Shown: positions 46,716 to 57,144 of the stretch, piece after piece
How positions within the stretch are numbered: position 1 is the first letter of the stretch
How the letters are laid out: each line of letters starts with the position of its first letter
Notes under the pieces: generated by a model
What the model was told of the DNA's origin: nothing
The model's database searches: none
What the model saw: the letters and a program-made list of their open reading frames with translations, nothing else
Assembly: GCA_038250865.1 (NCBI GenBank)
Contig: JBBSBW010000010.1
Span: 77,256-141,255 of the forward strand
Reading direction: 5' to 3'
DNA length: 64,000 bases
From: Thermoanaerobaculia bacterium
Lineage (GTDB): Bacteria; Acidobacteriota; Thermoanaerobaculia; Multivoradales; UBA5704
Position numbers and translations under genes: made by a program

Positions 46716-48305
46716 TCACGTCGGACGGATCTCCGCCTCCACCTCAGCCCCCGCCCCATGCCGGGCGGCGACCACCGCCGCGGTGAACATTCCGCAGACG
46801 GCGGCGAAGGTGATCAACGCCACCAGTGACATCCAGCCTTTGAGGTCGGTCGGCTGGAGGAAGGTCAGCAGCTCCGCCATCGGCGCGAACGGCTTGCCGT
46901 CTTTCACTCCTTCGAGCGCGCGGAGGGTTGCGCGGATCAGCGCGCCGATCGCCAATCCTCCAATCGCTCCGATTGTGCCGCGGACGGCGAGCTGCGCGAC
47001 GGAGAGCGGGTCTTTGAACTTCGGCGGCTCGATTGAGAACTCCGGTTCGCGTTGGCCCCAGGGGACGAAGCGGGCGAGCAGGATCATGCCGGGGATGCCG
47101 GCGAAGATCGAGAACCAGAAGAAGCTGGTCCAGCCGATCGCGTGGACCAGGAAGCCGGTAATCGGCCCGGAGAGCAGACGCGGCAGGCCGAACAGGCTGG
47201 AGAACAGGGCGTATTGGGTGGCGGAGAAGCGCTTCTGGGTGAGGCGCAGCAGGAGCACGCCATAGGCGCCGGTGCCCATGCCGGAGGCGAGCGTTTCAAA
47301 CGCCATCGCGCCATACATCAGCCAACGGTTCGGACCCGGCTGGACCGAGAGGATCACGTACCCTAAGTTCGAGAAGATCTGGAGGAACCCGAACAGCCAG
47401 AGCGAGCGGCCGAGGCCGAGCGTGGTGGTGAGCGCACCGCCGAAGAAGACGCCGATCAGGTTGCCGATCAGGCCGACCGTCGCCAACGCCACGCCGCGAT
47501 CGAAATCGCTGTAGCCGGCCTGTACCAGGAACGAACGCTGGAGCGTCTGCGCGAGTTGGTCGGCGAACTTGTAAAACAGCACGAACGCCAGAATTTCAAG
47601 CGCCCGATGGCGCGAGAGAAAGCCGAGAAACGGTAGCCAGACCGCCTCGCGCAGCGTCTTCGGCGCTGGGGGTAGGCCCTCGGGCTCCGGCGCTTTCCAG
47701 GTGATCGCGATCAACGGCAGGTAGCAGACCGAGAGCAAGACGATGACCAGCGGCCACGAGGTCATCCCCGCGAGCGTGATCGAGAATCCGCCCGCGAGGT
47801 ACATCGCCGCGCGGTAGATCGCGGTGCGCGCACCGACGGCAACGCCTTGCTCCTCCGGCCGCAGCACGTCGACCGCATAGGCGTCGAGCGCGATGTCCTG
47901 GGTGGCGGCGGAGAAAGCGACCGCGAGCGCCAGAGCGCCCACCACCCAGGGGGTATCCGGATGGCCTCCGACTCCCGCCAGAGAGAGCGTGGTCGCAAAC
48001 AGCGCCACCTGCGCGATCGCGATCCAACCCCGCCTGCGGCCCAGCCACTGGAGCGGGACATAGCGGTCCATCAGCGGCGCCCAAAGGAACTTGAACGTCC
48101 ACGGCGCCTGCGCGAGCGTGATCAGGCCGACGACCCGCAAATCGACGCCGATCTTGGTCATCCAATCCGGAATCGCGATCCACACCAGCCCGAGCGGCAG
48201 GCCGGACGAGAACGACATCAAAGAGACCGAAGCGGTCCGCCAAGAGGTCATTGCGCGGACCAGGGCTTGCCAGGTCGAAAGGCGCTGCTCAGGCTGTGGG
48301 GTCAT
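46716..48305 (-). CDS. ampG: AmpG family muropeptide MFS transporter
   Basis: FSSGLPLGL, PWTFKFLWAPLMDRY, GRRRGW, SAATQDIALDAY and SATQYALFSSL. Confidence 0.93.
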   Translation of the reverse strand: MTPQPEQRLSTWQALVRAMTSWRTASVSLMSFSSGLPLGLVWIAIPDWMTKIGVDLRVVGLITLAQAPWTFKFLWAPLMDRYVPLQWLGRRRGWIAIAQVALFATTLSLAGVGGHPDTPWVVGALALAVAFSAATQDIALDAYAVDVLRPEEQGVAVGARTAIYRAAMYLAGGFSITLAGMTSWPLVIVLLSVCYLPLIAITWKAPEPEGLPPAPKTLREAVWLPFLGFLSRHRALEILAFVLFYKFADQLAQTLQRSFLVQAGYSDFDRGVALATVGLIGNLIGVFFGGALTTTLGLGRSLWLFGFLQIFSNLGYVILSVQPGPNRWLMYGAMAFETLASGMGTGAYGVLLLRLTQKRFSATQYALFSSLFGLPRLLSGPITGFLVHAIGWTSFFWFSIFAGIPGMILLARFVPWGQREPEFSIEPPKFKDPLSVAQLAVRGTIGAIGGLAIGALIRATLRALEGVKDGKPFAPMAELLTFLQPTDLKGWMSLVALITFAAVCGMFTAAVVAARHGAGAEVEAEIRPT

Positions 48306-48469
48306 GGCGGGGGAGTGTATCCGACACGTTCCGCCGGCCGGGCTAGAATCTTCGCCATCATGCCGCGCGCCACGGCTCGGCGCGACGGTGCGCGGGCCAT
48401 CGGGCGTGCAGGAAATCGGCTGATCGGCCGAGTGCTACGATGACCACGCGATCCTCGGAGGAAGCGACG

Positions 48470-48640
48470 ATGCACAACGAGTTCACTGCGATCATCGAGC
48501 AAGACGGCGATTGGTTCATTTCCTACTCGCCCGAGATTCCCGGCGCCAACGGCCAGGGCCGCTCGAAGCAGGACTCCCTCGAGAGTCTGGCCGCTGCCAT
48601 CTCGCTGATTCTGGAAGATCGGCGCGACTCAGCTCGTTGA
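48470..48640 (+). CDS. orphan HicB-family antitoxin (probably 3'-truncated)
   Basis: MHNEFTAIIEQDGDWFISYSPEIPGANGQGRS; GGAGGA RBS; no hicA adjacent. Confidence 0.78.
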   Translation: MHNEFTAIIEQDGDWFISYSPEIPGANGQGRSKQDSLESLAAAISLILEDRRDSAR

Positions 48641-48686
48641 CAGCGCCGCCTCGCCGCCATAGCCTCTAGGAAGATCCTCAACTCAT

Positions 48687-51600
48687 GTGCCGGCCGCCCA
48701 GGTGATCTTCGTTTCCCACGCCTCCGCGGACGACTCCTTCGTGGCGGAACTGCGCCGGGAGCTGGAAGCTCGCCACCTTCCCGTATGGGTGGACTCCCGC
48801 ACTTTGCGCGGCGGCGACAAGCTGGGGCCGAAAATCGAGAGGGCGATCGAGACGGCCTCCCGGGTGCTCGTCGTATTGAGCCCTCACACCGTCAACTCAG
48901 CCTGGGTGCGCCGCGAGATCCGGAAGGCGCTCGAGGTGGAGGGGCGCCGTAAGGCGGAGGGCTACCGTGTCATCCCGCTGCTTTTGCCTGGGATCGCCCA
49001 CGGCGCGCTCGGCACCTGGTTCGACGAGGAGCCGGTCGCGGTGCCGATTACGATCGGCCCGGCCGGTCTGAGCGCGGCGCTTCCCGCCCTCCTTGCCGCC
49101 CTGGGGGAGCGCCTCCCCACCGATCCGCAGCCGTACGAGGAACCGGCCGCCCAGCCGGTCGAGGAGCTGATTCTCACCCTCACCGATCCCGTGATCGACA
49201 CTACCGAGGGAAAACGCCGCGCGCGGGCGACGGCCACGCTCGCTTACGAGCCGGCGCAAGCCGGCGCGCGGCGCATCGAAAGCCGGAGGTTCATATTCCT
49301 CGCCCCGCTCGGTCCCATCGAGACCGCGGACCTGCGGTGGTATCTGGAGAGCTACTACGACTGGCCGGTGGGCGTTTTTAAGGACCGCGCGGCGGGCATC
49401 GAAGAGAAGCTCCCGGTGTGGGGCCAGGATCTGTTCCAGGCCGCATTGGGCGACGAGGAAGCGCGCGATGCTCTCTCCGCTTGGCAAAACGCCAAGGAGG
49501 CCGATCGGCGTTTCTCCGTGCTGGTGGACAGCGACCTTGCGAAGGGCGCGTCCGATGAGGCTAAGGCCGGCGCGCTGGAGGCCGCTACCGATCTGCTCTC
49601 TCTACCTTGGGAGCTTCTCCATGATCGCCGCGTCTGGCTGTTCAAGGGAAAGAACCCCGTGCGCGTCCGCCGTCGCCTGCCCAACCGGCAGGCCCAGCCC
49701 GCCCGGCCGACCTCCTTGCCCCTTCGCATTCTGCTCGTCAGCTCGCGGCCGGAAAGGGATGCTAAGGGCAACCGCATCGGTTACTTCGACCACCGGGCGA
49801 GCGCCCTACCGTTAACCGAAGCCGTGGAAAGTCTCGGAGCGCTGGCCCGGCTCGCCCTGCTGCAGCCACCCACCTTTGCCGCACTCGAAGCGGCTCTGCA
49901 AGCGGGAAACGAAGGTCAGCCGTTCGACATCGTCCATTTCGACGGCCATGGCGTGTACGACCGTCGGCTCGGTTTAGGCGGGCTGTGCTTCGAAGACCCG
50001 CAAGACGCGGGGAAGTGGGAGGAAAGAACGATGGAGTTCGTGGACGCCGCCCGGCTCTCCGAGCTGGTCCACGAGCACCGCATCCCCCTGGTGTTTCTCG
50101 AAGCCTGCCAAACCGCCGTCGCCGAAATGGACCCCACCGCCTCCGTGGCCGCAAAGCTGCTCGACGAGGGGGTCACCTCGGTGGTGGCGATGAGCCACAG
50201 CGTGTTGGTCGAGACCGCCCGCCGTTTTGTCCAAGCGTTCTACGCCGAGCTGGCCCGGGGCGCGCGGGTCGGCCGGGCGATGCTCGCCGGACAACTCGCG
50301 CTGTTCGCCGATTCGCGACGCGGCAAGATCCTGGGAGCCGGCGAGTTGCAGCTCCAGGACTGGTTCGTGCCCGTGCTCTATCAGGAGGAGCAGGACCCGC
50401 AGCTCCTCACCAAGATTCCGCCGCAGCAGATCCAGCAACTCGAAGCGGAGAAGCGCCGCTTGAGCCTGGGTGCCCTGCCTGAGCCCCCGCCCCATGCCTT
50501 CCAGGGGCGCAGCCGCGAGCTGCTGGCACTGGAGCGGCTGCTGCATCGCGAGCCCTGGGCGGTGGTGCGCGGGACCGGGGGTCAGGGGAAAACCACCCTC
50601 GCTACCGAGCTGGCCCGTTGGCTCACCCGCACCTCCCGCTTCGCCCGCGCCGCCTTTGTGAGCTTGGAGCACCACCGGCACGCGCAGGCCGTGCTTGACA
50701 CCCTGGGCCACCAGCTTCTGCCCGAAGGGGACAAGTATTCCGTGGCCCAGTTCCACACGTTCGACGAAGCTCTCCAACCCGTTGAGCGCGCGCTACGCGA
50801 CCAGCCCACGATTCTGGTCCTCGACAACTGCGAGAGCATCCTCCCCGAGCGGGAAGATCCGCTGGCTCCGGGCGACCCGAGCGATCCGGCCGTTCCGTTC
50901 GCCACGGACACCGCAACGGAGATCTTCGCTCTCTGCCAACGCCTGCTGGCCGCCGATCCGCGCACCCGGCTGCTGTTCACCACCCGCGAGCCGCTGCCGG
51001 CGCCGTTCAACACCCCGGGACGCGAGCGGGAGCTGGGCGCTCTCTCCCCGGGCGACGCCGTCAAGCTAGTCGGCGAAGTGATGAAACAGAACGGTTGGAT
51101 CCCACCGAGCGACGACGCGGGCTCTACGCCAGAGGAGATCACAGCCCTGGTTGAGGCAATGCATTGCCATGCCCGCGGACTGGTTCTCCTGGCACCCGAG
51201 GTGGCCCGCAGCGGTGTGAAGGCGGCTACCGGGGATCTGCGAAAGCTGATGGCGGACCTGGAACGAAAACACCCGGGGGACCGCGAAAACTCGCTCTACG
51301 CCAGCGTCGAGCTGTCGCTGCGCCGGCTGCCCGCGGAATCGCGAGAGCGCGTGAAGGCCCTGGCGGTCTGCCACGGAGGCGTGCATCTCTGGGTCTTGAG
51401 CGTGCTCACCGGCTTGGAGCCGGACGCCGCCTGCCGGTTGGCGATTGAGCTGAAACAGGTCGGCCTGGGCGAGGACATGGGCTATGGCCACCTGCGCCTC
51501 GACCCCGGCCTGCCGCCCTGTCTGCTTGGCGATCTTCCGGAGGACGAAGCCGAGGCCCTCCGTTCGCGCTGGGCGGAGGCGATGGCGGGCCTGACCGGAT

Positions 51601-53087
51601 ATCTCTACGAGCAGAGCTTCAAGGACGCCCGGCTCGCCGCGCAGTTGACTCTGCTGGAGCTGCCCAACCTTCTGGAGATGCTCGACTGGAGTCGATGCCG
51701 TCAAGCGGCGGAGCGGGTGGTGGATCTCGCGAGGTTAGTGGAATCTCTGGTGGCTGACCTCGGCCAGCCGCGGGCGTTGGTGCGAGCAATGCGGGTGCGG
51801 GAACAGGCGGCTCGGACGCTGGGGGAGTGGAGCCACGCCCGGTACCTGGCCGAGGACGCCGCCATTGAGCGCCTGACGGAGCGCGGCGATTTGCCCGCGG
51901 CCGATGCCGCCACCCGGGAGCTCGTCGCGAAAGCCTTCGCCGCGGGCGAGGCGGCGTACCCTGGGGCGGCCTACGACCTGGCGATGGTGCACTGGAGGCT
52001 TGGGAGGATCCTGAAGAAGAGGGGCGCTGCCGAAGACGCCTTGGCTCCCCTGGCGGAGGCACAGCGCCGTTTTCAGGCGTTGGCCGATGCGGGCAACAAA
52101 GGCGCTGAGCACATGGACGGAGTGGTCATCACCGAGACCGGGGATTGCCTTCGGAATCTAGGCAGGTTGGACGCGGCGGCCAGTGCCTACGAGAAGGCCA
52201 TCGCGCTTGATCGGAAAGCGGATCGGCATAGAGATGTCGCTGTCGCCAAGTTCCAGCTCGGCACGGTACGACTCCTCCAGCAGCGATATTCGGATGCGCT
52301 GGCCATCTACGCCGTAACGCGCGAAGGCGCCGAGAAGCTGGGCGAGCCCCAGATGGTGGCCACGATCTGGCATCAGATCGGCATGGCCCACCAGGAGGCG
52401 GGCCAGCACGAACAAGCGGAACACGCCTACCGCCAATCGCTGGCGATCGAGGTGCGCGAGAACAACCTCGGCGGTCAGGCGGCTTCCCTGAATCAGCTCG
52501 GCAACCTCTACGCTGCAATTGACCGCCTGGAAGAAGCGGTTACCTTTCACAGGCAGGCCGTCGAGGTTGATGTTCGGCTCCAGGATCTCGCCAGCGAAGG
52601 CCGCGGCCGGAGCAATCTTTCGAACATGCTGATCCGCCTTCACCGTTATGACGAAGCCCGGCAGGAGCTCCGGCGGGCGATCGAGTGCTTAGAACCATAT
52701 GGCCACACCGCCGAGCCCTGGAAGGCCTGGGCGATACTGGAGAAACTCGAACGCGCCACCGGCCAGGTCGAAGCTGGACAGGCGGCCCGGCGGCGGGCGA
52801 TCGAGGCCTATCTGTTCTATCGGCAGGCCGGAGGGGAGAGCCAGACCAATCAAGCCTCGCTGTTTGCTCTGGTGGCCCAGGCGATGCAGGAGAAGGCAGA
52901 GGAGAGCGCGGGGCGGCAGTTGAACGAGATGCTCGCGCCCGGCGATCCGCCGCAGTTCACGGCGCTCGTACGACAGCTTCAGCGGATTCTGGGAGGTGAA
53001 CGCGATCTGGCTCTTGCGGAGGAGTCTGAGCTGGACTACAGGAGCGTGGCAGAGCTGCGGCTTCTGCTGGAGGCGTTCAAATCCTGA
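48687..53087 (+). CDS. TIR - CHAT (caspase-like) - STAND NTPase - TPR protein (NLR-like)
   Basis: TIR IFVSHASAD...SAWVRREI; CHAT IVHFDGHG and VFLEACQT; Walker A GTGGQGKTT; Walker B ILVLDNCE; C-terminal TPRs. Confidence 0.92.
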   Translation: MPAAQVIFVSHASADDSFVAELRRELEARHLPVWVDSRTLRGGDKLGPKIERAIETASRVLVVLSPHTVNSAWVRREIRKALEVEGRRKAEGYRVIPLLLPGIAHGALGTWFDEEPVAVPITIGPAGLSAALPALLAALGERLPTDPQPYEEPAAQPVEELILTLTDPVIDTTEGKRRARATATLAYEPAQAGARRIESRRFIFLAPLGPIETADLRWYLESYYDWPVGVFKDRAAGIEEKLPVWGQDLFQAALGDEEARDALSAWQNAKEADRRFSVLVDSDLAKGASDEAKAGALEAATDLLSLPWELLHDRRVWLFKGKNPVRVRRRLPNRQAQPARPTSLPLRILLVSSRPERDAKGNRIGYFDHRASALPLTEAVESLGALARLALLQPPTFAALEAALQAGNEGQPFDIVHFDGHGVYDRRLGLGGLCFEDPQDAGKWEERTMEFVDAARLSELVHEHRIPLVFLEACQTAVAEMDPTASVAAKLLDEGVTSVVAMSHSVLVETARRFVQAFYAELARGARVGRAMLAGQLALFADSRRGKILGAGELQLQDWFVPVLYQEEQDPQLLTKIPPQQIQQLEAEKRRLSLGALPEPPPHAFQGRSRELLALERLLHREPWAVVRGTGGQGKTTLATELARWLTRTSRFARAAFVSLEHHRHAQAVLDTLGHQLLPEGDKYSVAQFHTFDEALQPVERALRDQPTILVLDNCESILPEREDPLAPGDPSDPAVPFATDTATEIFALCQRLLAADPRTRLLFTTREPLPAPFNTPGRERELGALSPGDAVKLVGEVMKQNGWIPPSDDAGSTPEEITALVEAMHCHARGLVLLAPEVARSGVKAATGDLRKLMADLERKHPGDRENSLYASVELSLRRLPAESRERVKALAVCHGGVHLWVLSVLTGLEPDAACRLAIELKQVGLGEDMGYGHLRLDPGLPPCLLGDLPEDEAEALRSRWAEAMAGLTGYLYEQSFKDARLAAQLTLLELPNLLEMLDWSRCRQAAERVVDLARLVESLVADLGQPRALVRAMRVREQAARTLGEWSHARYLAEDAAIERLTERGDLPAADAATRELVAKAFAAGEAAYPGAAYDLAMVHWRLGRILKKRGAAEDALAPLAEAQRRFQALADAGNKGAEHMDGVVITETGDCLRNLGRLDAAASAYEKAIALDRKADRHRDVAVAKFQLGTVRLLQQRYSDALAIYAVTREGAEKLGEPQMVATIWHQIGMAHQEAGQHEQAEHAYRQSLAIEVRENNLGGQAASLNQLGNLYAAIDRLEEAVTFHRQAVEVDVRLQDLASEGRGRSNLSNMLIRLHRYDEARQELRRAIECLEPYGHTAEPWKAWAILEKLERATGQVEAGQAARRRAIEAYLFYRQAGGESQTNQASLFALVAQAMQEKAEESAGRQLNEMLAPGDPPQFTALVRQLQRILGGERDLALAEESELDYRSVAELRLLLEAFKS

Positions 53088-53403
53088 AACTTCGTGCCGC
53101 ACTCCGGATGGACCACGTCGGTCGCTCCAACGTCTCCTACCCAGACAGGGTCAAGATCTAGCCCCGCGAGGCGGAAGGCCATTTACCCCAAGGCGATAAC
53201 CTCGGGGGTCTCTTGCTCCGTTGAGGGGTAAAAAACGCAGGCCCCGGGCTCCAGGATCCCACCCGCTAGGGGCTGCCGCTCTGATCGAACGACCTGGCGC
53301 TGTTCCCGCGCTTGTCTGCATGTCCAGAATACCCCCCTTAATTACCGACGGTCAACCACTAGCTAACCGACCTCAGCAAAGCCCGGCCTGGGAGATCACT
53401 TCA

Positions 53404-53823
53404 TTGCGCACCCAACACCTCTTCGAAACCTGCCTCTACGCCCCCGACCTCGCCGCGACGGTCGACTTCTACCGTCGAGTGTTCGGCCTGGAAGTGATCT
53501 CCGATTTCTCACCGAGGGGTGTAGCGCTGCGAGTCGAATCCGGCGTCCTCCTGATCTTCTGCCCCGAGCGCACCCGCGAGCGCATCGCGGCGATGCCGGG
53601 CATCCCGAGCCATGGCGCCGTGGGCGAAGGACACGTCGCATTCCTGGTGACCGAGGACGAGCTTCCCGCCTGGCGCGAACGCCTTGCCGAGTTGGGCATT
53701 GAGATCGAGTCCGAGATGGGGTGGGAGGTTGGGGGGCGCTCGATCTACTTCCGCGATCCGGGCGGCAACAGCGTCGAACTCGCACCGCCGACGCTCTGGG
53801 GCGGCGGCTGGGAGCGCCGATGA
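53404..53823 (+). CDS. VOC/glyoxalase family protein
   Basis: ETCLYAPDL..FY..VFGL, GHVAF and RSIYFRDPGGNSVEL; start position uncertain. Confidence 0.88.
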   Translation: MRTQHLFETCLYAPDLAATVDFYRRVFGLEVISDFSPRGVALRVESGVLLIFCPERTRERIAAMPGIPSHGAVGEGHVAFLVTEDELPAWRERLAELGIEIESEMGWEVGGRSIYFRDPGGNSVELAPPTLWGGGWERR

Positions 53824-54491
53824 ACCTCCGTACGGCCGGGCAGGCGATCGACCACCTGCTGATCGGCGCCCCCGATCTCGCCTCCGGCGTCGCCTGGGTG
53901 GCCGATCAGTTCGGTGTAACGCCCACTCCCGGTGGCCGGCATCCGGGTCTCGGGACGCACAATGCGCTCACCGGTTTGGGAGGAGCGCGTTATCTGGAAG
54001 TGATCGCCCCCGATCCGGAGGGCACCGGGCTTGCGCCTCATTTCGCCTGGCTCGCGGCCTGTTCGACCCCGAGGTTCGCCACCTGGGCCGCGGTGGCGGA
54101 GGACCTTGCGCCGATCGCCGCCGCGCTCGATGCCGCGGGTCTGAGGCATTCCGGAATCACCGCCGGCTCGCGCCGTCGCGTGGATGGCTCGCTGCTCGAA
54201 TGGTGGACGCTGTTTCCCGTGGAGACGGAGGGCGGCCTGGTGCCGTTCTTCATCCGCTGGAAAGACCCCTCGCAGCATCCGGCGCTCTTTCTTCCGCACA
54301 GCCTGCGGCTTGAGGCTCTTTCGTTCGCCCACCCGGACCCTGAGCGGCTCGCGAAAGTCCTCGCGACGGTCGGGCTGGAAGAGCGGATTGGGGAAGGGGC
54401 CTCACCGCGCCTCCTTGCGACGATTCGCGGATCCGTTGCCCACCCGTCGATCACCGGGCGCCCACCCGGTGGGACGGCGGTTCGCTCCTAG
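53820..54491 (+). CDS. VOC family (glyoxalase-like 3) protein
   Basis: IDHLLI, GGRHPGLGTHNAL, YLEVIAPDP, PFFIRW. Confidence 0.9.
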   Translation: MNLRTAGQAIDHLLIGAPDLASGVAWVADQFGVTPTPGGRHPGLGTHNALTGLGGARYLEVIAPDPEGTGLAPHFAWLAACSTPRFATWAAVAEDLAPIAAALDAAGLRHSGITAGSRRRVDGSLLEWWTLFPVETEGGLVPFFIRWKDPSQHPALFLPHSLRLEALSFAHPDPERLAKVLATVGLEERIGEGASPRLLATIRGSVAHPSITGRPPGGTAVRS

Positions 54492-54585
54492 GCGGTTCCT
54501 ATACTGCTCCTGAGGCTCCTCCGGATCCATCTTGGGATCCGCCCTCGCGTGCATCTCTCCGGTGCGCCCACCTCAAGGAGGCCTT

Positions 54586-57078
54586 ATGAAAACTCGCTCG
54601 GTCCTTCTCCTCGCCTCTCTTCTCCTGTGGGCGGCTCCCCAGAGCGCGGCCGCGGTCGCCGGTCAGTGGACTCTGATCGGATGGAACAACCTCGGCATGC
54701 ACTGCATGGACAGCGATTACTCGTTGTTCTCGATCTTGCCGCCCTACAACACGATCCACGCCCAGCTGATCGATGGTTCCGGCAAATTGGTGAAGAGCCC
54801 CGCCGGGATCACCGTCACCTACGAAGCGGTCCGCGATGGCGCCGGTTCGATCAACACGACCTCCCAGGCCAAGACCAACTTCTGGCAGTTCGTCTCCGCG
54901 CTGTTCGGCGCATCTCCGGCTCCCGACGCCGGGCTCACGGGGCTGACCATGCCGGGGTCTGCGAACCGGCCGCAGCCGATGATCTGGGATGCCACGATGG
55001 GCCTGTTTACGGCGGAAGGGATTCCGATGACTCCCTACGACGACGCGGGACACAAGAACCCCTATCCGATGATGCGCTTGGTGGCGCGAAACAGCGCGGG
55101 GACGGTGCTTGCGGTGACCGAGATCGTCCTGCCGGTTTCCGACGAGATGACCTGTACCTCCTGCCACGCTTCGGGCTCCGCTCCGGCCGCGCGTCCGGCG
55201 GGCGGTTGGGTGAACGATCCCAATCGCGAACGCGATTTTCGGCGCAACATCCTTCGCCTGCATGACGAAAAGCAGGCGGGGAATTCCCTTTACACCACCG
55301 CGCTCGCCCGCGCCGGCTATCGTCCGGAAGGCCTGGCCGCCACCGCCGAGGCGGGCACTCCCATCCTTTGCGCGCGTTGCCACGCTTCCAACGCGCTCCC
55401 CGGCACCGGGTACACGGGAATCTCGCCGCTCACCTCGGCGGTGCACACGGGGCATGCCCGGGTGATCGATCCTGGCAACGGCATGACGCTCGAAAATTCG
55501 GCCAACCGGGCGGCCTGCTACAACTGCCATCCCGGCTCGACCACCCGCTGCCTGCGCGGCGCGATGGGCGCATCGGTCGCGGCGGACGGTACCCTGGCCA
55601 TCCAGTGCCAAAGCTGCCACGGCCCGATGAGCGAAGTGGGCGCCGCCACCCGGAAAGGGTGGCTCGAAGAGCCCGACTGCCAGAGCTGCCACACGGGGAC
55701 GGCGACCCACAACGCCGGCCAGCTCCGCTACAACACCGTGTTCACCTCGCCGGGTCATCCGCGGATTCCGGCCGACGACACGTTCGCGACCAATCCGAAC
55801 ACGCCGGGGGCCGGCCTTTCCCTCTACCGCTTCTCGTTCGGCCATGGCGGTCTCGCCTGCGAGGCGTGCCACGGCTCGACGCATGCCGAGTACCCGTCGT
55901 CGCACGCCAACGACAACGTACAGAGCCTGCTGCTGCAAGCGCATAAAGGCCCGATGGCCGAGTGCGCGGCCTGCCACGGCGCGGTGCCGGTCACCACGTT
56001 CGGCGGACCGCACGGCATGCACCCGGTGGGTCCGTATTGGGTGAGCCACCATGGTGAATCGGGAGGAGGCGACAGTCCGGCCAAGGCGCTGGTCAACTGC
56101 CAATCGTGCCACGGCGCGGACAACCGGGGCACCGTGCTCTCCCGCTCGCAAGCCGATTGGACGGTCAGCACGACCTTCGGCAGCCGCTACTTCTGGCGCG
56201 GTTTCCGGATCGGCTGCTACGCCTGCCATGACGGGCCGGGCGGCGAGGGCGCGAACCCGAACCGGCCGGCTCAGGTGACCGACGCGAACACCTCGGTCCG
56301 GAGCCCGGCGGCGGTCGCGATCGCGCTCGTCGCACGCGATCCGGACAACGATCCGCTGGAGCTACGCATCGTCTCCCAGCCGGACCACGGTACGGTGGGG
56401 TTGATCGGTCGCACCGCCACCTACTATTCCGAGGCCGGCTTTGCCGGGACCGCAACGTTTACCTTCGCGGCCTGGGACGGATCGATCGACTCGAATCTAG
56501 GCACCGTCCACGTCGCGGTGACCGGCGGTGGGGGAGGAGGCTGCACCCTCTCCTGCACGGCGACCGTGCCGGCGAACGCCCGGGAAGGAGCACCGGTGGC
56601 GTTCAATTCGACCGCCACGGCTACGAACTGCGGCGCCTTGCCTACCTACGTTTGGACCTTCGGGGACGGGCAGCAGGCGTCGCTCCAGAACCCGAGCCAC
56701 ACCTATCGCCGTTCGGGCGGCTACAACTGGAGCCTGCGGGTCACCGCCGCAACCACCACCTGCGACAAGAGCGGCACGATCGCAATCGCCGGCCAGCCCC
56801 CCCGGGTCACCCGCGTATTGCGCTTGGACAATCCGTTCCGCCTCCAGATCGACGGCGGCAACTTCCATACCGCGCTCCAGGTTTCGATCGCCGGCCAGCC
56901 CTGGACCAACCTGACCCGCCAGGGGACCACGCGCTTGACACTCGGCTCCGGACCTGCGCTGCGCAATCGATTCCCGGCCAACACCTGGGTCTCGATTCGC
57001 CTGCTCAATCAGGACGATGGGATGAACGTGACGGTGCAGTACAACCGGACGAAGAATCAGTGGCGCCCGGCGCCGTAG
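54586..57078 (+). CDS. secreted multiheme c-type cytochrome (9 CxxCH) with Ig-like and PKD domains
   Basis: AAGGAGG RBS; signal peptide; NNLGMHC; nine CxxCH; PDHGTV Ig-like domain and YVWTFGDG PKD. Confidence 0.9.
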   Translation: MKTRSVLLLASLLLWAAPQSAAAVAGQWTLIGWNNLGMHCMDSDYSLFSILPPYNTIHAQLIDGSGKLVKSPAGITVTYEAVRDGAGSINTTSQAKTNFWQFVSALFGASPAPDAGLTGLTMPGSANRPQPMIWDATMGLFTAEGIPMTPYDDAGHKNPYPMMRLVARNSAGTVLAVTEIVLPVSDEMTCTSCHASGSAPAARPAGGWVNDPNRERDFRRNILRLHDEKQAGNSLYTTALARAGYRPEGLAATAEAGTPILCARCHASNALPGTGYTGISPLTSAVHTGHARVIDPGNGMTLENSANRAACYNCHPGSTTRCLRGAMGASVAADGTLAIQCQSCHGPMSEVGAATRKGWLEEPDCQSCHTGTATHNAGQLRYNTVFTSPGHPRIPADDTFATNPNTPGAGLSLYRFSFGHGGLACEACHGSTHAEYPSSHANDNVQSLLLQAHKGPMAECAACHGAVPVTTFGGPHGMHPVGPYWVSHHGESGGGDSPAKALVNCQSCHGADNRGTVLSRSQADWTVSTTFGSRYFWRGFRIGCYACHDGPGGEGANPNRPAQVTDANTSVRSPAAVAIALVARDPDNDPLELRIVSQPDHGTVGLIGRTATYYSEAGFAGTATFTFAAWDGSIDSNLGTVHVAVTGGGGGGCTLSCTATVPANAREGAPVAFNSTATATNCGALPTYVWTFGDGQQASLQNPSHTYRRSGGYNWSLRVTAATTTCDKSGTIAIAGQPPRVTRVLRLDNPFRLQIDGGNFHTALQVSIAGQPWTNLTRQGTTRLTLGSGPALRNRFPANTWVSIRLLNQDDGMNVTVQYNRTKNQWRPAP

Positions 57079-57144
57079 GTGCTTTGGCTTCTCTGGGATA
57101 GGTAGTTCTTGGGGGGGACGCTTTCGCGTCGCCCCTCCCTTTCC

